This document shows, piece by piece, positions 57,057 through 64,000 of a stretch of 64,000 bases of DNA. This stretch comes from Candidatus Bathyarchaeota archaeon RBG_16_48_13. Lineage in GTDB: Archaea; Thermoproteota; Bathyarchaeia; RBG-16-48-13. The stretch is from the NCBI GenBank assembly GCA_001775995.1, contig MEZH01000007.1, positions 46,934 to 110,933 on the forward strand, read 5' to 3'. The notes beneath the pieces were generated by a model. That model was not told where the DNA came from. It made no database searches and saw only the letters and a list, made by a program, of their open reading frames with translations. A program made the position numbers and the translations under genes. How positions within the stretch are numbered: position 1 is the first letter of the stretch; every line of letters starts with the position of its first letter.

Positions 57057-58046
57057 GTGGTCTCAGATTCAAAAAGGACGGGCGCAACACAAGTGGAAAC
57101 CTACAGCCCCGACGATCTCAGGGAAAAGTACAAGGAAACAAAGTGGATCTCGCCGTACCAGAAGATAGTGGCTGTCCATGATGAGAAATTAAGCCAAATA
57201 GAAGTCCACGAGTATCACGCCAGGGGGAAATGCGTTGGTGGGGCTGCTTGGGAAACATATCATTATCCCAGGGTCAGTCCTCTCGTCCTGGAGGCTCGAA
57301 GAGAAGGCCCAAAGAACATCTTTCGAGTCAAGACAGGGTCAACCAACTTGCATCTGGTTCCTGGAATAGCAGGTGCTGGCATCGAACAGGCTTGCGTCGA
57401 CGGAGAAGAGATAAAACTTACCTACGCCGGTCTGGCTGGAGGGGGCATAGCTGCAACAATATGCAGGGGTCTAGCTTCAGGCGTAAAGAGGATAGAGATC
57501 AAGGAAAGAGGTGGAGGGAACCAACTTGGCAGAGCTACTCTCATCCTCCCGCTGAAGCACAGATTGGTCGTTGGGATAGACGATACAGACAGCCCTTCAG
57601 GAGGCGCCACTTGGTCCCTCTCGAACGAATTGGGCTACTTTCTCGAGAAACATAGGCAGGCGGACTACCTTAACCACACCATCGTCCAGCTCTACACAGG
57701 GAACCCCTGGAAGACCACCAATGGCGTCAGCATAGCTTTGACCTTCGCCGTTTTGCCGCAGAAAAAAGAAAAGTTGATCCAAATCATAAAACGCCAACTG
57801 AGGCAGAATTCCCAATCATCGGAAACGGCCATCGCCCTATTTGACGGGATAAAGCCGCCGGACTCCATCAAGGTATTCGCTCTTCACGCTAAGACGCGCC
57901 TCATTGAGATGGAGGAAGCCCAAACAACGGCCCGAGGAGAAAATGTGTCTCTTGTTCCAATCACTGGTCAGCGTGGGGTCATAGGAGCTTTGGCAGCTAT
58001 TGGGTACGCCGATGAGCCTGATGAAGCCGTAAAGATCATAAAATGA
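57057..58046 (+). CDS. Methanogenesis marker protein 11-like (TiaS N-terminal-like, DUF1743)
   Basis: WISPYQKI, EVHEYH, SPLVLEARREG, YAGLAGGG, GGG..LGRAT, GIDDTD...GATW, NP.KTTN, GQRGVIGALAA.G. Confidence 0.75.
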   Translation: MVSDSKRTGATQVETYSPDDLREKYKETKWISPYQKIVAVHDEKLSQIEVHEYHARGKCVGGAAWETYHYPRVSPLVLEARREGPKNIFRVKTGSTNLHLVPGIAGAGIEQACVDGEEIKLTYAGLAGGGIAATICRGLASGVKRIEIKERGGGNQLGRATLILPLKHRLVVGIDDTDSPSGGATWSLSNELGYFLEKHRQADYLNHTIVQLYTGNPWKTTNGVSIALTFAVLPQKKEKLIQIIKRQLRQNSQSSETAIALFDGIKPPDSIKVFALHAKTRLIEMEEAQTTARGENVSLVPITGQRGVIGALAAIGYADEPDEAVKIIK

Positions 58047-58061
58047 TAACAGGCGATCACC

Positions 58062-59141
58062 ATGGACCCTACTCTCCTTAAAGTGAGTTTACTATGCTAT
58101 GGCGCACGATCCCCGCCAGATTTTGACAAAGGAAGATGTGGGGGTGCGGGTCCGGCTGGTGGAGGATATCTCGTTTTGGATGGCACCGCGACGCCGTCCA
58201 CGAACGTGGCGTTTCAGGGCCATCATGTGAGGAATTCCCCCTTTTCCATTGAGAAAGTTGGAGAAGAATGCTTGCTTTGCCAAGATAACGCCCCGTCGAT
58301 TGCGGTTCGGTTAGTCGAAAGACCGGCTTTTCTCGACAACAGAACCTCTGAGGGTATTCCTGTTTGGAAAATCGCGTCTTTTCACGGGAGCGATGCAATA
58401 GGCGTTACGATAGACAAGAACTGCTATTACTGGAGAAACAAACAGCAGTGCAAATTCTGCGCCATAGAGCAGAAAATCAAGACCCACTCCGGAAAGAGCC
58501 TTGCTATCAAGACACCTCAGCAAGTGAGTGACGCGATTGAGGCAGCGGTCGAATCAGGGTTCTGCCACCACGTGACCCTTACCACAGGCATCGCTGAGAC
58601 ACCTGACAGAGGAGCTACCCCCTATATACCAATACTTAGAGAAATTAGAAGGAACCTAAAAACTCCAGTTCATGTTCAGCTCGAGCCTCCTCAGGATCTT
58701 GAGATGCTGGGGAGACTATACGAAGAAGGAGCGGACACCGTTGGGCTCCACATTGAGAGCCTTGACGAGAAGGTCAAGAGAAGAGTCTGCCCGGGAAAGC
58801 CGCCAGATAGAGTATATTTTCGGGCTTGGAAATATGCTGAAAAGACTTTTGGCCAAAATCAGGTCAGCACGTTCATTCTGGTCGGACTTGGTGAGGACCC
58901 AAAGCTGACAGATAGAAGATTGGAGAATGTGACATCGGCCGGCGCGATTCCATTTGTAACGCCCTTTAGACCCCTTCTAGGGACAGAATTGGAAAATGAG
59001 GATCCACCAAATCCTTCGTATCTTCTGGGAATCACGGAAAAGGCCGTAGTCAAAATGAAAGACAGTGGTATGAAACCCAATGAGAACAGAGCGGGTTGTG
59101 TGAGGTGCGGAGCCTGCTCCGCCATAATGGAAGTTTTTTGA
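58062..59141 (+). CDS. Radical SAM protein, MSMEG_0568-like
   Basis: Non-canonical CX8CX2C (CYYWRNKQQCKFC), TLTTG, VQLEPP, GLHIES, ILVGLGE, PFRPL.GT, C-terminal AGCVRCGACS. Confidence 0.7.
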   Translation: MDPTLLKVSLLCYGARSPPDFDKGRCGGAGPAGGGYLVLDGTATPSTNVAFQGHHVRNSPFSIEKVGEECLLCQDNAPSIAVRLVERPAFLDNRTSEGIPVWKIASFHGSDAIGVTIDKNCYYWRNKQQCKFCAIEQKIKTHSGKSLAIKTPQQVSDAIEAAVESGFCHHVTLTTGIAETPDRGATPYIPILREIRRNLKTPVHVQLEPPQDLEMLGRLYEEGADTVGLHIESLDEKVKRRVCPGKPPDRVYFRAWKYAEKTFGQNQVSTFILVGLGEDPKLTDRRLENVTSAGAIPFVTPFRPLLGTELENEDPPNPSYLLGITEKAVVKMKDSGMKPNENRAGCVRCGACSAIMEVF

Positions 59142-59165
59142 GAACTACCTTGAGGCTTAAGGGTA

Positions 59166-59999
59166 TTGGACATTCTCAAGAGAATTCAAGAACTCCAGCG
59201 AAATAGTCATCGAATAGGGTTTGGGGTCAGGGTTGAAGACAGGACTCACCCAGACAAGATCATAGAGGTCGCGGAAAAAGTGGAGTCCATGCATTTTGGG
59301 AGGGTCATCTATGTGGGACAAATGTGTTCATCGCCAATGAGGGATGCAATCTATACCGAGGAACCTGAGAGAATGCTATTAGATCTCCTGTGTATGGGGG
59401 ATATCGATGCCGCGGTTAGGGGGACTGCAAAGGCATCCGTTATTTTGAGATTAATAAAAGAAAAACTTGGGCAACGGTCTTTCTTTAGGATTGCTCTCCT
59501 AGAAACAAGTATGGGTCATCAGTTCCTCTTAGCACCAGTGGGGATTGATGAAGGTAGCTCGATAAATGAGAGACTGACGATTATCACGTCTGGGGCTCAA
59601 CTGCTGAAGCAGCTTGGGGTCGAACCTAGGATTGGTGTACTTTCAGGTGGCAGGATGGAGGACATAGGTAGAAGTCCCGATATTGACAAGACTATAGAAG
59701 AGAGCCAGGAGCTGACGAGCAAAGCGCGGGAACAACTGCCTTACATAATAGAGCATTATGGAATACTGGTCGAAGACGCCATACAGGCGAGAGCAAATCT
59801 TATCCTTGCACCTAACGGCATGATTGGTAACTTCGTCTACCGGACGCTCATCCATCTGGGTTCTGGCAAGTCCCATGGTGCTATCTACGTCGGCATTAAC
59901 GAAATACTGGTAGACACGTCACGATCTGCTCCCCCAGAGGAATATTTACATGCCATTCGCCTTGCAAATGCGCTGACCACGATAGCAAAAAGAATCTGA
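59166..59999 (+). CDS. mtxX: Methanogenesis marker Mmp4/MtxX family protein
   Basis: DAAVRGT, LLAPVGIDEG, GVLSGGR.ED.GR...IDKTI, GIL.E.A, AP.G..GN..YR, VDTSR. Confidence 0.82.
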   Translation: MDILKRIQELQRNSHRIGFGVRVEDRTHPDKIIEVAEKVESMHFGRVIYVGQMCSSPMRDAIYTEEPERMLLDLLCMGDIDAAVRGTAKASVILRLIKEKLGQRSFFRIALLETSMGHQFLLAPVGIDEGSSINERLTIITSGAQLLKQLGVEPRIGVLSGGRMEDIGRSPDIDKTIEESQELTSKAREQLPYIIEHYGILVEDAIQARANLILAPNGMIGNFVYRTLIHLGSGKSHGAIYVGINEILVDTSRSAPPEEYLHAIRLANALTTIAKRI

Positions 60000-60043
60000 A
60001 AGAAAGCCATTTAAGGAACCAGCTCCGAGACCTTACAACTTGA

Positions 60044-60140
60044 GGGCCGGTAGCTCAGCCTGGTATGAGCGCTGCGTTGGCATCGCAGAGACCCATTGTA
60101 GGGCTGTAAGTCACGGGTCCGAATCCCGCCCGGTCCACCA
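60044..60140 (+). tRNA. tRNA-Ala(GGC) with non-canonical 45/46 intron (60091-60109) and encoded CCA
   Basis: G3:U70 identity pair, CTGCG-TTGGCAT-CGCAG; BHB helix GCAG/CTGT with bulges AGA and AAG; splicing gives variable loop AGGTC; T-loop TCCGAAT. Confidence 0.9.
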
Positions 60141-60254
60141 CCGTTTTCCTTATTGTATTTCTGGGCGACGAAGGAAACGAATCTGAACACATTGTAAACA
60201 AAACCGAAACACTATAAAATGTCTAGTAGGAATAATGAAAATGGAGGCACGAGA

Positions 60255-60569
60255 TTGCCCATAGATCCAGATTTTATGAAGAAGCGCAACGTGACTGGAA
60301 ATCATGCGGGCCACGCTGTCTGGGGAGAGGTCGAACCACCATCCAAACTGGGCATACACGGCACCCAGGTGGCTTTGGACCAAGACGTCTGTGATGGAGA
60401 TGGTATTTGCATATCAGTGTGTCCCGTTAGTGTCTTCGATTGGGTTGATTCCCCGGGTCACCCTCTCTCAGACAGAAAATCAGATCCGACCAATGAGCCA
60501 GCGTGCATCCAGTGCCTTGCCTGCGAGATGCAATGCCCCACCAAAGCGATCAAAATAACCCCGCCATGA
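60255..60569 (+). CDS. zfx: Zinc-containing 7Fe ferredoxin (Zfx type)
   Basis: PIDPDF..GNHAGH..WG.VEPP.KLGIHG extension, CDGDGIC...CP (Asp variant), GHP.S.RK.DP, CIQCLACEMQCP; SD GGAGG before TTG 60255. Confidence 0.85.
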   Translation: MPIDPDFMKKRNVTGNHAGHAVWGEVEPPSKLGIHGTQVALDQDVCDGDGICISVCPVSVFDWVDSPGHPLSDRKSDPTNEPACIQCLACEMQCPTKAIKITPP

Positions 60570-60623
60570 AAGACAGTCAATTAATGCCAATGACTCGTAC
60601 TATTATTGGACCACCGAGCCTCT

Positions 60624-61439
60624 TTACGCTGGGGCAGTTTTCTTTTCTGTAATCTCTCTAAGATATCTCAAGATGGCTTCAGCCAATTCCATGGGTGTGT
60701 TCTCGTTGACAACGATATTTACAGTCACCGTGAATGCTACGCTGGTCATCCCGGTCTTTGCGGTCTCAGTCAAAACATCCATGGATCCCGAAGGGGGCTT
60801 TGGTGTGTAAAACGAAGGCTTTCCCTCGTCTACCTGAGTCTTTATAGGTTCTTTTGTGATACTGATCTGACCTGATTCTATCTTGTAGTCCAATAGTTTT
60901 GCTTCCGAAAACAACTCTGCCAAGAATTTCGCGCCATCTGCGTAGCGTTCCGGCTTAAGCCGGCCCTTGTCACTTCTATATAGGAAATCTTGTAGACCGG
61001 TCACACTCCCAGCCATGCCTTTGCATTGCTTCCCAAAGAACTCGACCTTGATCCCTTTGGAGAAGAGGGGATGACGCGCGAGAATCTTGGTCCATTCACC
61101 TGAGGCCTCTTCAGGCCTGCCGGTCTGAAGGAAGTAGACTAGTTCCTTTGTTTCTTCCACCACTTCGTATTTGAGGATTCGCTTGGTTTCTACTTCGTGA
61201 GCCCTCTCCTCAAGAAAGCCAAGGTATCGAAGATAATCCAAAATTGAGCTACAAATAGCTTCGGACTTGGAGGGGCTATTGGGAGCTTCACTTAGGTCCT
61301 TGCTATCCATTGGTCGGTTCTCCATAGAGAAAACCTCAAGAACCTTCCAAAGCTTGTCAACAGTGACTTCAGATCGACTAGGCAGCTTGATGTAAGTGGA
61401 AAAGACTTCTGTTGATTCCGGGGAATTCCTCTCTGCCAT
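60624..61439 (-). CDS. Hypothetical protein with winged-helix-like N-terminus
   Basis: 271-aa ORF with plausible composition; SILDYLRYLGFLE wHTH-like segment; short beta/alpha C-terminal module after a low-complexity linker. Confidence 0.6.
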   Translation of the reverse strand: MAERNSPESTEVFSTYIKLPSRSEVTVDKLWKVLEVFSMENRPMDSKDLSEAPNSPSKSEAICSSILDYLRYLGFLEERAHEVETKRILKYEVVEETKELVYFLQTGRPEEASGEWTKILARHPLFSKGIKVEFFGKQCKGMAGSVTGLQDFLYRSDKGRLKPERYADGAKFLAELFSEAKLLDYKIESGQISITKEPIKTQVDEGKPSFYTPKPPSGSMDVLTETAKTGMTSVAFTVTVNIVVNENTPMELAEAILRYLREITEKKTAPA

Positions 61440-61571
61440 TTCAGCATCTCCAGATTCAGTTAGAATTATCGCGGTTCGTTATTAAAAACAATTCCAAGCA
61501 GAAAATCAAGGATAACACATGTCATTACTTAATCCAAACCTTAAATATCGGCATGAGAGCCGTATCAGTCA

Positions 61572-61895
61572 ATGAGCACCTCAGCGATTGACGGCATCTT
61601 TACACCTCTTATTGCTCAACTTGGTTTGGGGGGTGTGGGTGGCCTTCTCGTAGGCTATGCATTTAAGAAGCTTCTAAAGGTCATCGCTGTGATATTAGGC
61701 ATATTCATATTCGGATTATTATTTCTAGTCTATGTAGGAATGATTGACATGAACTTCGATAAATTCCTTGAAGCCTTGGGCAGATTGGTTGGTTTGGCAT
61801 CCGGCGTTCAAGACCTCATCCTCGCAATCTTTGCATCTTTGCCATTTGCGGCGAGCTTCACATTTGGCTTCTTCCTAGGCTTCAAGAGAGGCTGA
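61572..61895 (+). CDS. FUN14 family membrane protein
   Basis: QLGLGGVGG.LVGYA.KK..K, G.I.MN.D, F..GF.LGFK.G. Confidence 0.88.
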   Translation: MSTSAIDGIFTPLIAQLGLGGVGGLLVGYAFKKLLKVIAVILGIFIFGLLFLVYVGMIDMNFDKFLEALGRLVGLASGVQDLILAIFASLPFAASFTFGFFLGFKRG

Positions 61896-61915
61896 GAATT
61901 ATGGATCGAACAGTC

Positions 61916-63205
61916 CTAGCACTTTGGAAATGCTGGATTTAGGATTTCGAGTCTGCTCAGTTCTTGATCCAACAACAAAAGGAAAGTCCCTATATCTGAA
62001 ACCAGCCCCATGGCTTGTGTAGTCCCCCTATCGAGAAGCTTCGTCACAGTTGCCGGGTTGATGTCAACGCAGACTACCGTGACATCTGATGGAAGCATGT
62101 TGCCTACAGCTATTGAATGAAGCGTTGTAGATAGCATCAACACGACCCTTGCACCTCTCAAGGCTTCTTTGTATTTCTTCTGAGCTTCCACCACATCAGT
62201 GATCACGTCGGGCAATGGCCCATCATCCCTAATGGAACCTGCAAGGACGCATGGAACGCCATTCTTTACGCATTCATAAATAATGCCACTGTTAAGGACA
62301 CCCTTCTTCATAAGCTCGGATAATGAGCCCGCCTTGAAGACTTCGTTGATGGCTGCTATGTGATTTCGGTTTCCCTTTATTGTGGACGAACCGTCTGTGA
62401 GCCTTATCCCTAGAGATGTGCCATATAGAGCAGATTCCACGTCATGGACAGCTAGGGCATTACCGGCCAAGAGGGCATTAACATAGCCTTCTCTTATCAG
62501 TCTCGCCAGCGCTCCGGAAGATCCTGTGTGAACAACAGCTGGGCCCGCAACTACTACTATCTTGCCCCCTAGGCGTTTGATTTCGTATAGGCTCTGCGCC
62601 ACTCGCCTTATGATCGAATTGGAAGGCTTCTCCGAAGAGACGCTGCTGCTCATGAACTCGAAAACGCCAACGCCCTCTCGCGGGCGCTCAGGGGGTTTGA
62701 TCTTTATTCCCACGTCTTCGACAACTATTAGATCGTCTTTCTTGACCTCTCTTATGGCCCTGCAGTAGGCTTCACTCTTCCTCCTATCGACAACAATCGC
62801 CTTGTCCATCATCAAATTCTTGACAACCACCCATTTTCCGTCGAGATAGATGAAGGTTGGATGGTTGGCCGTGGAGTAGAAGCCATCAGGCAAAACCATG
62901 TCGGCTGGAGCGGGCTCAAGCTTGACCTCTCGTTCCTCCCTTGATACGGCTCCAAGCCCGTAAAGCTCATGCAACATGTTCTGGAGGTGCCCTTCATTGC
63001 GTCCTTTCACAACCAATCGAGCGTAGCTGTAGTCAGTCTTCCCTTTCCCTATCTTGAATTCTACGACTTTGAAATCTCCTTCGAGATCCATGATCTTGTC
63101 AAAGATTTTTGTCAAGATCATAGAGTCTATGAGGTGGCCTTCGACCTCTATCTCATGCTCAAAGGTCTTCTTGTGAAAAGATTTCTTCGGCTGAAAAGTG
63201 GACAC
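61916..63205 (-). CDS. TIGR00300 family protein (LOR/SDH-related, ornithine cyclodeaminase-like)
   Basis: IEVEGHLIDS, PDGFYST.NHPT, FEFM.S.VSSE, GPAVVHTG, AGNALAVHD.E..L.GTSLG, LAGSIRDDGPLP, LHSIAVGN; start uncertain. Confidence 0.88.
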   Translation of the reverse strand: MSTFQPKKSFHKKTFEHEIEVEGHLIDSMILTKIFDKIMDLEGDFKVVEFKIGKGKTDYSYARLVVKGRNEGHLQNMLHELYGLGAVSREEREVKLEPAPADMVLPDGFYSTANHPTFIYLDGKWVVVKNLMMDKAIVVDRRKSEAYCRAIREVKKDDLIVVEDVGIKIKPPERPREGVGVFEFMSSSVSSEKPSNSIIRRVAQSLYEIKRLGGKIVVVAGPAVVHTGSSGALARLIREGYVNALLAGNALAVHDVESALYGTSLGIRLTDGSSTIKGNRNHIAAINEVFKAGSLSELMKKGVLNSGIIYECVKNGVPCVLAGSIRDDGPLPDVITDVVEAQKKYKEALRGARVVLMLSTTLHSIAVGNMLPSDVTVVCVDINPATVTKLLDRGTTQAMGLVSDIGTFLLLLDQELSRLEILNPAFPKC

Positions 63206-63287
63206 CCTTGTAGAACCAAGCACCACTCTGGATGCGTTGAGGAGATAGAATTGAGGTAGACACGATATAAAGGTTACATTTCCTCTA

Positions 63288-64000
63288 TTAAGCACTTAAG
63301 GTGGGAATAACTTTCTCTCCAAGCAGGCTCAAGGCTTCACCAATGTTGGGGCCATATGGTTGAAACAGATTGACTCTGGTCGCACCGTTTCTCTGATATG
63401 CCAAGATCTGTTCTGAACATTGTTCAGGAGTGCCAACGATTGCAAAGGGTCTAGCCAGCTCAGGCGTAATCAGTCGTGAAGCAGCAATTTCACCATGCTT
63501 AATCATAGTATCAGCAATCAGTCGCTGCATCTTCGGATTGATGTTTGCTGACTCCAGAAGATACGGGTTACAGTCCTTGATTTGAACCGCAAAGTTGAAT
63601 CTCAGAGCCGGATCTTTAAGGAGATAATTTAGTGCATCCTCAGATCTGGGCGCTATGCATAGGTTGATTGAGCATATCAAATCGAATATTCCTGGTTTTA
63701 TCCGTCTTCCAGACTTTCTGAGTCCGGGTTCAGCGAATCGGATAGCGTCTTGAAGAAAACCTAGAGGTGGAGCTCCAAGGTTTATTCCATCAGCTAACTC
63801 GCCTGCCAAAGCCTCTGTCTTTGGTCCCCTAACAGCTAGATAGATAGGTATCCTGTGATTCTTGGGGGGTTGGGCGAGATAAGCGTCTCTCAATTCCATC
63901 GTCTTGCCCTTGAAGTTGATTCTCTTTCCGTCAAAAAGCAATCTAGCTACAGTTACGGCTTCCCTTAGGTGTGCCAACGGCCTATCCCAGAGTGGCTTGC
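63288..64000 (-). CDS. LLM-class (Mer-like) oxidoreductase, 5'-truncated by window edge
   Basis: Open frame runs off the window (KPLWDRPLAHLREA); IPIYLAVRGPK...LAGELADG, AIVGTPEQC, GPN..EAL.LLGEKVIP. Confidence 0.82.
   Translation of the reverse strand, partial: KPLWDRPLAHLREAVTVARLLFDGKRINFKGKTMELRDAYLAQPPKNHRIPIYLAVRGPKTEALAGELADGINLGAPPLGFLQDAIRFAEPGLRKSGRRIKPGIFDLICSINLCIAPRSEDALNYLLKDPALRFNFAVQIKDCNPYLLESANINPKMQRLIADTMIKHGEIAASRLITPELARPFAIVGTPEQCSEQILAYQRNGATRVNLFQPYGPNIGEALSLLGEKVIPTLSA

Noticed and set aside
1-64000. Genome-wide TAG reassignment (pyrrolysine code), prompted by the amber codon in nfi
   Set aside because: Several genes end in TAG exactly at their expected C-termini (mch 15134, nadE 18826, LLM 20240, NOG1 40400), and no pyl genes are in the window
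1-64000. CRISPR array, cas genes, transposases, rRNA
   Set aside because: No regularly spaced repeat-spacer array or recognisable cas, transposase or rRNA sequence seen by eye

Overview
Gene-dense archaeal chromosomal window of roughly 50% GC. It is most plausibly from an anaerobic TACK/Thermoproteota-related lineage such as Bathyarchaeia. This is inferred from BHB-type tRNA introns at non-canonical positions, two proteasome beta paralogs, SepF, Mvh/Hdr, H4MPT enzymes and SepRS. The left part (1-33 kb) is metabolic: several Mer-like LLM oxidoreductases (one triple-frameshifted), an MtrH-family methyltransferase, Mch, TusA plus an IscS lacking the PLP lysine, glnA, a SAMP/MoaD protein, amidohydrolases, an alpha-toroid-HerA fusion, nadE, a complete hdrCBA-mvhDGA cluster with maturation protease, and E1 alpha/beta. 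The right part is mostly conserved archaeal housekeeping genes (ribL/ribK, sepS, taw1, psmB x2, rtcA, dut, nadM, rpl37e, Lsm, aCPSF1, egsA, FKBP), four intron-containing tRNAs, and a tRNA-flanked mmp11-radical SAM-mtxX operon. The most notable signals are: a ~300-bp non-coding quasi-palindrome with 10-bp-phased GGGAYA arrays (49082-49385); C instead of T at T-loop position 54 or 55 in three of four tRNAs; a panB islet bounded by a duplicated tRNA-Val 3' end; three probable CTG start codons; and a catalytically altered endonuclease V with an in-frame amber codon. All protein assignments come from recalled motifs and family knowledge, not database searches. Start codons are best estimates. No CRISPR array or intact mobile-element gene was seen.
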